From assembly GCA_951406725.2 (NCBI GenBank), contig OX597840.1, positions 14,632,001 to 14,696,000 of the forward strand: a stretch of 64,000 nt of DNA, in the 5' to 3' direction. The position numbers were made by a program, and so were the translations under genes. Source of the stretch: Octopus vulgaris (lineage: Eukaryota). The notes below the pieces were generated by a model. The model did not search any database. It worked only from the letters and a program-made list of their open reading frames with translations, and was not told the origin of the DNA. This document shows positions 52,940 through 64,000 of this stretch, piece by piece (positions within the stretch are counted from its first letter, which is position 1; each line of letters opens with the position of its first letter).

Positions 52940-54553
52940 TGAGACAGATCAGTGAAGATTTTGTAGCCAAATAAATTGTGGAGAACGAAGTATTGAAGAT
53001 GAGAAACCTAATGCAGAAGAAGCTAGAAAGTTCTGGAGTAATATTTGGGATAAGCCAGTCAATTATAATGGAAATGCAGTATGGCTAAAGAAAGTGAGGG
53101 AAGAAGGAGTGAGTGATAAGCAGCCAGATCTAAGACTAACTAGTGCATTAATGAGTAAAGTGTTAGGAAAAATGCCAAATTGGAAAAGCCCAGGACCACA
53201 TTTAGTTCAAGAGTACGAGCTAAGAAATTTAGTAGTTTACATGGGGGCTGGGGGAACAACTTCAGGATTGCCTTAATTACTAACTACAGAAATGAAAACG
53301 AATATTGAGAAGGAGTACATCAGAAGGGTGAGGAAGCTAATGAAGTCAAAGTTAAATGGTCTGAATCTAGTGAACGCTGTAAGTACTTGAGCAGTATCAT
53401 TACTCAGCAGCTTTTGTAGGTTGAACAAAAACTGAATTAGCAAAGCTACACAGAAGAACTAGGAAGAAATTCAATATGAATGGAGGACTCCTCCCAAGGG
53501 CAGGAGTAGCAAGATGATACCTACATAGAAAGGAAGGGGGAAGAGGGTTAATATCAGTAGAAGACTGCGTGGAGTTAGCTAGAGGAGATATAGACTCCTA
53601 TGTAGGTAATAGGGAAGAAAGTTTATTAAGAGCTGCTAGAGTCATAGCATGACATAGGGAAACCGGAAACCCAAACAAAATTAAAAACCAGAAAAAAGAA
53701 CAGAAATTATCTGACTGTTTGGAGAAGGTGTTGCATGGTAGATTCCCTAAGATAGTTGCAGCAAATAGTAGTAGTGAGGCATGGTTATGGTTGCAGAAAG
53801 GAAAACTGAAAAGAGAGACAGAAAGTTTGTTAGCAGCAGCACAAGATCAAGCATTAAGAACTAATTGGATAAAAGTGAAGTTAGACAAAAACTAAGTAGA
53901 TTCTCAATGTAGGTTATGTAAATCAAAAGAGGAAAGCATTACCCATATAGTAAGTGAATGGAGCATGCTGGCACAGAGAGAATACAAAGAAAGATATGAC
54001 AATCTAGAGAGGGTAATCCACTGGGAGTTATGAAGAAAGCTAGGATTTGAACATACTAATAAATGGTATGAACAGGAACCTGGTAAAGCACTAGAAAGTA
54101 ATAAATACAAGATATTGTGGGACGTTAACATTCAATAGAAGCTAGAAGGCCTGGTTTGGTAGTAGTAGATAAAGAGAATAGAAAATGCCAAATAATTGAC
54201 TTTACAGTCCTAAATGATGAAAAAAATCAATATGAGAAGTATAGAAAAATAGCCAAGTGCCAGGACCTAGCCATTGAATTACAGAGACTTTGGAAAGTGT
54301 GGGTAAAATGTATTCCAGTAGTTGTTGGTGCATTGAGTACTATCCCTAAAGATCTGAACAGATGGATAGAGGAAATAGGCATAAAACCCAGTTTAGTACA
54401 GCTCCGGAAAACAGTGTTATTAAAGAGAGCTGGGATATTTACGAGGGTTCTGGCATCTAAGGCTACATGTTGTAGCCTGATGTTAGGATATTTTCTTCTC
54501 CAACAGTTTAATCTCTTGTATGTGTATGAAAATAATAATAATAATAATAATAA
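52940..54553 (+). mobile_element. Decayed R4/Dong-clade non-LTR retrotransposon (RLE endonuclease), RT core deleted
   Basis: KMPNWKSPGP, KEYIRRVRKLMKSKLNG, GGRGLISVED, ETESLLAAAQDQALRTN, CRLCKSKEESITHIVS, ILWD, IIDF, PVVVGALSTIPK; many stops; (AAT)n tail. Confidence 0.92.
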
Positions 54554-54760
54554 TCATGGACTCTAGGAAATATTCTGATCAATACCACAGAGTTGCTTGT
54601 CAGTTGCTTGACCATAACCAGTTGGGCATGTCCCTTAGTGGCTGACGATATGTGCATCTCTAATCATAAGCAGAAGTAGTGGGGGAGCATGATGGGTATA
54701 CTCGGCTTTGTGTATTTTACCCCAGTGTCACTTTGATGGCATGCGCTGCCCTCTCACTTG

Positions 54761-54799
<39 letters not shown>

Positions 54800-54800
<1 letters not shown>

Positions 54801-55230
54801 TAATGGCTTTAAATTTTGCCACAAGTGCAGCTATTTTATGAGAGGAAATAAGTCGATTACATCAACCCAAGTGTTTCACTGGTACTTAATTTATTGACCC
54901 TTGACAGGATGAAAGGCAAAATCAACCTCAGCAGAATTTGAACTCAGAATGTAGCAATGAGTAAAATACCTACTTCTTTACTACCCACAAGTCGCTAAAC
55001 ACAGCGGGGACAAACAAGGACAGACAAATGAATTAAGTCGATTACATTGACCCCAGTGCGTAACTGGTACTCAATTTATCGACCCTGAATTAATGAAAGG
55101 CAAAGTTGACCTCAGCGGAATTTGAACTTAGAACGTAAAGGCAGACAAAATATGGCTACGCATTTCGCCCGGCATGCTAACGTTTCTGCCAGCTCGCCGC
55201 CTTTAGTATGAGTAAAATACCATTAAGCAT
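54800..55230 (-). mobile_element. Nested/tandem SINE family B copies
   Basis: Two gaatttgaact units; the copy at ~54970-55203 interrupts the other, with gagtaaaatacc on both sides. Confidence 0.8.
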
Positions 55231-55737
55231 TTCATCCAGCACATGCACAATAATAATAATAATAATAATAATGATGATGATGATAATTCTTTTTTACATA
55301 GGAACAGGGTCACATAGTTCATAAGAGAAGAACAATCAATTATATTGACTCTAGATTTTCAGTAGTACTGCACTTTGTCAACCCTGAAAGGATGACAGAT
55401 AAAGATGACCTTGGTTGATTTTGAACTCAGGATGTAAAAAGCCAAATCCAATAATGCCTAACATTTCCCCCCAATAATAAGAAAATATATATAAAACAGT
55501 AAATAAATATATTTCTTTTAAAGTTTATTGCTGTCAGCTGTTTTTTCTATCTCTCATTGCTTTCATTATACATATGTAAACATGTGTGTGTGTGTGTGTG
55601 TGTGTGTACATGTGTCTGCTTATGTAAGTTTATGTATGCATAAATATATCTGTGTGAGTGTATTTGTACATGACCAACAACAGATATCTCTTCTGATATT
55701 TGTCTGGAGATATATATGTATAATAAACTTAGATAAA

Positions 55738-55776
<39 letters not shown>

Positions 55777-56018
55777 CGGTTTTTATTTCCTTTACAAATC
55801 AGGGTACACTAATGTCATCTACATCTGGTCTTTATATATGTATATTGTGAGAATCTAGAGTGAATCATTATCTTTTACTGTCCATTTCCCATCATGGTAT
55901 GGGTTGCTCTCTCTCTCTCTCTCTCTCTCTTTATAAGCAAATTTGTTTTTGAAAGGGCACCTAAATATGAAAAAGTTGTAATTGTTTAAAATAAATTTAT
56001 TTACTTATATACCGAACT

Positions 56019-57318
56019 AGTTTCAACAATACTTTTTGTTTATCGATGGTAAAAATTTAGAACTATGAATTAGAAAAACATGTTTCAAATTTTCAATGTT
56101 GACAAATTTAAATGTTCATAAAAAGACAAATTTAGAATTATGAATTACAAAAACATGTTAAAAAATTTCGGTGTTGACAAGTTTAAATATTCATAAAAAG
56201 ACAAATTTAGAATTATGAATTAGAAAAACATGTTAAAAAATTTCGGTGTTGACAAGTTTAAATGTTCATAACAGTCAATAATATTAAAACTGTGCATCAA
56301 TTTGTTTGAATGTACAAAGCTCATTAGTGTTAGTGGTGATTGACAAGAAATGAATATCCTCAAAGTTTCAGTCATACTGAGTTAAGAGGGAAAAAACAAG
56401 GGAAAAAGGAAGATAGTGAAAAAAAAAGGGATTTGGTTTACAATTTCTCTGATCCTCATTCCGTTGTATGTAGGAACTTTCGCTTGTAACTGTGTTTTGG
56501 AATCCGGTCTATTCATAATTTTTTCAACAAGTGGATCTGATTTTTGGTTTGTTAAAATACTGGTGACGTCTTGTTTTTCCGGGCTTCCCTGTGGAGAATG
56601 GTTATCTGTCATTCCAGTTGGTTGATTTTCTTAAAGGGTCATTTTGTTGTATTTGCTGAAGTTCAGTTTTGATTGGTCTAGAGTTAGGTGATGTCAGCAA
56701 CTGGTGTTTGTAAAATTTTATTGGGCTAGAAATAGGTGACATCGGCAACTGATGTTCATATGGTGTTATTGTATGGCGATTTGGAGTTGTGGTTTCAAAA
56801 CCTAGGTAGAAGACTGTTACTAAAGTTTTAAAATTGTTTGTTGTATTTTTGTGGAGAAATTGAGTCTTTTTTCCCTTTTTCTCTTTAGTATTTTTTTCTT
56901 CTTTCTAAAGGTTATTGGCTGTGGTTTATATTTTTTAATGAGTATGCTTTCCTGATTTAAACAGAATTGGGTTGAAGTGTTTCCGGTGCATTAATTGAGA
57001 GGGAAGATTTGATACTTCAGGTTTATGCTTTCTGGGCATTGGTCTAGGTATTTGCTTACAGGAATTTTCATAGTCCTGGAATTGTTGCCTGTGCACTGTT
57101 AATCTGTCCCTCAAGGTTAAACTAGTTTGATCTATGTAGTCTCCACTACACCCTCCACATTTGAGAACGTAGATTAAGTTCCTCGAAGCACAGGTGAAAT
57201 GATTTCTTATGGTAAAAGTTTGACCTGACTTAAATTTGTATGTTGGGCCAGATACATGTTTTTCTAATTCATAATTCTTAATTTTTACCATTGATAAACA
57301 AAAAGTATTGTTGAAACT
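56019..57318 (-). mobile_element. 5'-truncated Penelope-like element with GIY-YIG endonuclease fragment and inverted 5' pLTR piece
   Basis: FTCASRNLIYVLKCGGCSGDYIDQTSLTLRDRLTVHRQQ (GIY-YIG with CxxC insert); 56019-56083 is inverted at 57254-57318; 75-bp tandem x3 at 56053-56270. Confidence 0.9.
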
Positions 57319-58116
57319 TGCCTATATTTTTTTCCTGCATGGAAATACACCCCCTCTTTTGTTATATATATATATATATATACATGGATGGGTGGATTAA
57401 ACTGTTTTGATCCATATATGTAACTCACAATAAATTTGTTGAGTGCCCCTCTTTCATTTGTCCACTCACTCGTATATATATGTGTGTGTGTGTGTGTGTG
57501 TATGTGTGTATTATTTTGAATTATTTAATAACAGCTGGATTTGTTTCCATGCAAGTTTTCTAAGCTTGTTAGATGAACCTAACTCATCAGCCTTGCAGAA
57601 CTGAATGAAGGGAAGTCCAAGATAGTTTCTGGGTATTGGACTGCTGCTGGTGACTTGAGGTGACATGGTGTTGCCAGTTTGGCAGTAACATCATTACCAT
57701 TCAGGATTAGTCAAATCATGAGCTGGGACAGGATTTTGGTGGTGACACCTTGTCTCAAGAAATGGGGTTGGTTTGCTAGGGACAGCAGCACATTGACATG
57801 TGTGTGTGCATGCATGTATGTGTATGCTTAGTGTGTAAGTACGTGTGTCTGCTATGTGTGTGTGTGTGCATGTATGTGAGAGTTTGTGCATGTGTATGCA
57901 TAACTTTGCATGTATTAGCAACATCAGTTTGTTGGTGTATGTTTACGTGTGTATACCTAATGAGCACAGTTATTAGTTAATCTCATTACTTAATATCTTG
58001 CATGAAACCGATTGGTAAATTCTGCTCTATAATACTGTATACTTTGATTAATATATAAACCATGTAATTTGCACCATTGGTGACGTCCTCTACCAATATA
58101 TGCATGTGTGTGTGAG

Positions 58117-58164
<48 letters not shown>

Positions 58165-58212
58165 TATTTAATTGAACACCTACATTCATTTCCAAGTAAG
58201 TATGCACGTATA

Positions 58213-58248
<36 letters not shown>

Positions 58249-58959
58249 TTTGTTTTTTCATATAATATTCATTTTCCCATGTCCTCTTAAGTTTGATTTC
58301 TTTGTGCAATATTCCATGGCCAAACACCCTTGATACTCTCCCTACTACCAAGTTACAGGGATGTAAAACACACCAGCACTGGTTGTCAAGTGGTAGTGGG
58401 GAACAAACACAAAAACAAACACACTCACACACACACACATATATACATGGTGGGCTTCTTTCAGTTTCCATCAACCAAATCCACTCACAGTGTTTTAGTT
58501 GGTTGAAGGCTAGAGTAGAAGACACTTGCCCAACATGCCACGCAGTGGGAATGAACCTGAAACCATGTGAATGGGAGCAAACTTCTTACCACATGACCAT
58601 GCCTGCGCTTAGATATGGGATAAAGGATAAAGACACCTTTCGGTCATGAATGATCAAGGGATTGCCTCTTGAATGTTCTCTTTGAAGGCACAAGTCCAGG
58701 CAAGATTGTTTTATGGAAGACCAGCAGTCATCCATGCATGCAATCCTCCCCTCTTCGTGTCACGAATGTTATGCAAGGGAAAGGCAAAGGCAAAGGCTGA
58801 TACATCACAACTCATTTCTACAGATGAGTAAACTAGGGCAATGTGAAATAAAGTGTCTTGCTTGAGAACACAACACCCAGCCTGATCTGGGAATCAAACT
58901 CACTACCTCATGATTGTGAGCCCAACACTATAACCACTGACTCATGTACTTTCATGCCC

Positions 58960-59011
<52 letters not shown>

Positions 59012-59064
59012 TAAAAATGGTAAGATAACAAAAGAAAGAAAGAGACCTCAATATTATGTAAATA

Positions 59065-59610
59065 GAGGAAATTTATCTGTAAAATAATATGTGACAATTA
59101 TTGTGTCAAACCGTCCAACCCATGCCAGCATGGAAAACAGACGTTAAACAATGATGATGATGATATATATATATCATCGTCGTTTAACGTCCGTTCTCCA
59201 TGCTAGCATGGGTTGGACGGTTCGACCGGGGTTCTGGGAAGCCAGAAGGCTGCACCAGGCTCCAGTCTAATCTGGCAATGTTTCTACACAGCTGGATGCC
59301 GTGCCACCTGCACAGGTGCCTAGACCACGGCACGGCCGCTCGAGGCGGTGCTGGCATCGGCCACGAGTCGGATAGTGCTTTTTACGTACCACCAGACCAG
59401 GGATCCTGGCTGGTTCAATTCGATTTCGATTTCGCTTGCCCCAACATGTCTTCACAATCAAAGGGGGTTGGCAAGGGTGCCTGTCGTACGGTCGCATTGG
59501 AGTATTTTACGTGCCACGGCCACGAGTCAGATAGTGCTTTTTACGTACCACCAGACCAGGGATCCTGGCTGGTTCAATTCGATTTCGATTTCGCTTGCCC
59601 CAACCCGTAA
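59065..59610. mobile_element. Tail-to-tail RTE-tailed SINE pair; minus copy has an ~88-bp internal duplication
   Basis: 59067-59163 (+) faces 59172-59610 (-); 59358-59445 recurs at 59517-59604. Confidence 0.8.
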
Positions 59611-60229
59611 CCTTCATTACTTGATCCAACATATATATATGTGCGTATATATATATATATATATATATGTGTGTATATATATATATATGTGCGTATATAT
59701 ATATATGCACACACACTTATACACATATGCATCAGCAAAATCTTCTTCAAATCACACCCTCTGTGAGATGGTCATGGCTGGAAGCACTTCAATCAAGTTG
59801 GATTGATGCAGGGTTAAACAGTTATAAGAACAACCACAACAACCTGCATGTATGCTATATGGTCACCTAGCCTGTTAGAAATAGCAGCTAAATCTCCTTC
59901 AAATCACAGCCTCCTTTCTAAAATACAAAACTGAGTATATATCTTGTATATCTTGTAGTCCAAGATATACTTAGATAAGCTGACCTGGCTCCAAACAACA
60001 CAACAACAACAATATTGCAGATGCACTATTACATAGAAGCACTCTTACACACCTCTTCTCACCCCAGCACCCACCTTTCCATACTGTCACCACCACCATC
60101 ACCACCACCACATACTCCACCAAACACCAATGTTAAAAGGTTCTGCTGCCACCTTATCTCTACCCCGCTCTGCCACCATCTCCACACCATGTTGCTTCAT
60201 TTCTTGCAATCCATAAACATTATCAACAT

Positions 60230-60800
60230 CTCCCCTCCTCTTCCTCCTCGTTTCTCCTTTTCCTCCCTCTAGCATCCTCTTTCTCTCTGTCTCTCACCTT
60301 ATTACTCCATACACTTTCGTTTCCTCTTCTCTTTCTTCCTCCTCTTCTCTCTTCCTCCTCTTCTCTCTCTTCCTCTTCTCACTAACCCTTCCTCCTCTTC
60401 TCTTTCTTCCTCATCTTCTCTCTGCTTCCTCTTCTCACTATCCCTTCCAACTCTTCTCTTTCTTCCTCTTCTATCTCTTCCTCTTCTCTCTCTTCCTCTT
60501 CTCACTATCCCTTCCTCCTCTTCTCTTTCTTCCTCTTCTATCTCTCCCTCCCCTTCTCTCTCTCTTTCTCCTCTTCTCACTCTCTCTTCCTCCTCTTTCT
60601 TCGTCTTCTCTCTCTCCCTTCCTTATTTTGTCTTTCTTTTCTCACTCTCTTCCTCCTCTTCTTTTCTTCCTCTTCTTTTCTCCTTCCTCTTCTCTCTCTT
60701 CCTCATCCTCTCTTTCTCCTCTTCCTTGCTATCTTTATCCTTTATCTTTATCCCTTTCTCTCCCTACCCCTCTCTCTCCCATTCTTTTTATCCTTCTATG
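60230..60800. repeat. Long polypyrimidine (CT-rich) low-complexity tract
   Basis: More than 500 bp almost entirely C/T on the + strand. Confidence 0.9.
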
Positions 60801-61234
60801 TTTCTCTCCACCCCTCTGCATCCCCTTCACTCTATCATTTTCTCATCCATTTCTCACATGCATTTATTTTCTCACTTTTTCTTTCTCCATCAACAAAACT
60901 ACCACCATTAAAACCACCTTTCTCACCACCACCACCACCACCATTGCCGCTGCCACCACCACCACAACAACCACCATCTTCACCATCGCTCCCACCACCA
61001 AACCACTTTTGCTGCATTGGGAACATGCGGCACTGACCCCCTATGTCCACCGGGATTCTCAGATTAACTCAAATTAAAAAAAGAGCAAATACATATGTAT
61101 TTGCTTATTTATACATACATACACACACACACACACATGCACACACATACAGATATATGTTCAATACACGCATGCATATGCACACACACACATACCCCTA
61201 TACATGCATTCATATATGTGTGTGTGTGTTTGTG

Positions 61235-61590
61235 CATACACAATATATATATGTATGTATATATATATATATATATGTATGTATATACATATATATATAT
61301 ATATGTATGTATATACATATATGTATATATGTATGTATATACATATATATATGTATGTATATATATGTATATATGTATGTATATACATATATATATGTAT
61401 ATATGTATATATGTATGTATATACATATATTGTATATATGTATGTATATACATATATATATGTATGTATATACATATATGTATATATGTATGTATATACA
61501 TATGTATATGTATGTATATACATATATGTATATATGTATGTATATACATATATTTATATGTATATGTATGTATATGATATACATACACAA
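61235..61590. repeat. Compound (TA)/(TATG)/(CATA) microsatellite, representative of many tracts
   Basis: Similar tracts near 12020-12440, 13120-13370, 16230-16475, 18393-18630, 20440-21200, 22740-23200, 39120-39400, 40635-40770, 44830-45370. Confidence 0.95.
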
Positions 61591-64000
61591 ACACATCAGC
61601 ATTGATGATGATAATATATACATACATGCACAACCCACTATTTATTCTCTCGTCTTCTTCCCACATAGCATAAAAAATGAAAAATAAGGAGAAAAAAAAC
61701 TGTTGATAAAGTAATATTATCAAGCATGTATGTGTGTGATATATATACACACACACACCCACATATATATATGTGTATATATATGTATACATATATATAT
61801 ACATGTTTATATCATCATCATTGTTTAACGTCCATTCTCCATGGTATATATATATATATCTATATATATTTATATGTGTGTCTCTGTGTGTCTATATATA
61901 TATAAAAACCTATAAAACTTGTAACAAAATAAAAATAAGAATTGTTTATAAATACAATAATGCAGATAAAAAGCAATAAAAATAATAGTATTAATAATAA
62001 AACCTAAATCATAATTTGAGTTATCTAGAAGCTGCCAACGACATTTTACACTCTTCTGAGATTTGATCCGTGTTTGTTTTGTATGTTTGTGCTTGTGTTG
62101 TTGCCAAGTTGAATGGCCGAGAGGTGTGCTGTTTGTTTTAACAGATTCAGTCTTGCAGTACGCGTGGGATGTTTCACCTCATGTTTGTGTGTGTGTATGT
62201 GAGTGTGTGTGTGTGTGTGTGTGTATGTTTATTTGTGTGTGTGTGTGTGCGTGTCTGCATAGGGTGTGTGAGGGGTAAAGAGCTCTTCTTGTTTTACTGT
62301 AGCCAAGTGGTTTGCCCAAGAGCTGTTTTGTTCAGCAGATCCAATCCTGAAAACTTTAGAAAACAAACAATACAAAGAGAACTATAAATAAATAAATAAA
62401 TGAGTAAATGAATAAAAAAATATTAAAAAAAATTAGAAGCCCCAATGAAGCAACCATCATGCACTCGTATTCCATAACATCAACTCCGCCTGAGATCTGG
62501 GAATTTTCCATATGCCTCATGCCCTCCACGTGGTTTCCCTGTCCAGGTGCCAAAATCTGTGATGTGGATATGTTTGTGTTGTTGTTGTTGAGACATTTTA
62601 GTCCAAATTTGTTTCTATTAATTTGTTGTTGTTGTTTGTATTTGTGTAGGTGCCACAAGATCAATCATTACCTAGCAAATGTCTGATCAAAACACATTCC
62701 AGTTGTGACCATCTCTTCTGCCAAGGATTACAATATCACATGCTGTCCTTTTTTTTTTTAAGGAGAATAGAATGTGATTTAAGAGTAATTTGGCAGATGT
62801 TTCTAGCAGAGTGAGTCAGTGTTTGCATTAAAGAGACAGTTGGCTATTGTTGTTGTTGTTGTTGTCCTGCTCAGTCCTGATCCAGCAGGTCTTTGGATGA
62901 AATCAGCACAAGCAGCCCCCCCCTCCTTTCCCCTTTTTCTCCACACAACCACACATACCACAAGAACCAATCTATTGGAAGAAACAACATGGTTCTTGGC
63001 CGTTCAACTTGGCAACAACACAAACATAACCACAGTACAAGCCCTACTACAACACAAAACAAACAAACATTCTACATACAAAGAAACCCTGATTCCTCAC
63101 CACCACCACCACCACCACCATCAACTGCTAGATGTCTTGGCAGCTTCTAGAAAATTCAAATTATGATATAGATTTTTTTTAATTCTGTAGCGTGTTTTTT
63201 TTCTGTTCATAATGTCTTTTAAATAATGTCTTTTATTTTCATTTTGTAGTCATATATTTTTATATAAGCTCCAGCCAGAACACCTCATCTGTTTTCCATA
63301 ATAAAATAATGTTTTCTGGTCTGTAAAGAAGAAGCAACCGTGTTTTGGGGATAGGGATTTCTCTATGTTATTCACATGAAAATTCCAGGAGACACAACCA
63401 CAAATCATAAAGACTAGCAGTTCTTGGGACTTTGGTGGTTTAATTGTATGTAGTCTATAAATAAGCTGTACAATTTCCTAGATTCATACTATTTATATAA
63501 ATGTGTAATATGCACTTTTTATTATAACAAAACATGTGATTTCCACCATGTTGATTTTACAGCCAGTATAATTTTACATCCTACACTAGTAATGTTCAGA
63601 GGCCAGTTTAGAATTTGTTATTGGTTTGTTTTAGAAACTTGATATTTTTTCAGTATATTTTATACAGCAATTATAATAAATCAGGCTAGATATTTTCTTT
63701 CTAAACATCATAACTCTAATGATAATTCAGTATGTATTATACATGAAAGTCATGTCCCCTTTCATTTCCACTGACCAATGGTTACAGAAATCTTATGATG
63801 TTTCTTCCTTCTTGTGAATAAAATAGATGCTCACTGAAAATTAAATATGATAATTGATTAGTGCATTATTATTTTAAGTAATTAATCTTTTGTACACTCA
63901 TTAATTTATTGTGCACATTAATTTCTTTTGTGCATTGACTGCAAAATATTGGATTCATGCATCCATGCACACAGCTTAGAGATAATGGGACACAAGAGAG

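Noticed and set aside
61043-61804. Long Y/I/C/V/M/H/T-rich ORFs here and throughout
   Set aside because: Translations of TA/CA/TATG microsatellites.

Overview
AT-rich eukaryotic DNA dense in microsatellites ((TA)n, (CA)n, (TATG)n, (AAT)n, (GAT)n). The repeat signature points to a coleoid cephalopod, Octopus-like (inferred from SINE sequences and composition, no database search). I found no complete protein-coding gene; nearly all listed ORFs are microsatellite or SINE translations. The window reads like large-intron sequence packed with tRNA-headed SINEs, RTE-tailed SINEs and decayed RTE, R4/Dong-like, mariner, hAT, piggyBac and Penelope elements. Most notable: (1) a young 2.67-kb composite insertion at 33766-36436 (inverted cap, 384-bp array, alternating 175/157-bp array, RTE-type SINE tail); (2) several head-to-head Penelope-type fold-backs in or near (TA)n tracts, with four type-I minimal hammerhead ribozyme-like motifs, plus a Penelope GIY-YIG fragment; (3) a strong candidate recursive splice site (CAG|GTAAGT after a ~90-nt AG-free tract) at 47445; (4) two candidate small exons on opposite strands (14387-14239 minus, 22657-22707 plus); (5) an (AAT)n-targeting non-autonomous retroelement and a SINE that repeatedly joins its own head at the same site. 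Repeat boundaries were read by eye and are approximate.
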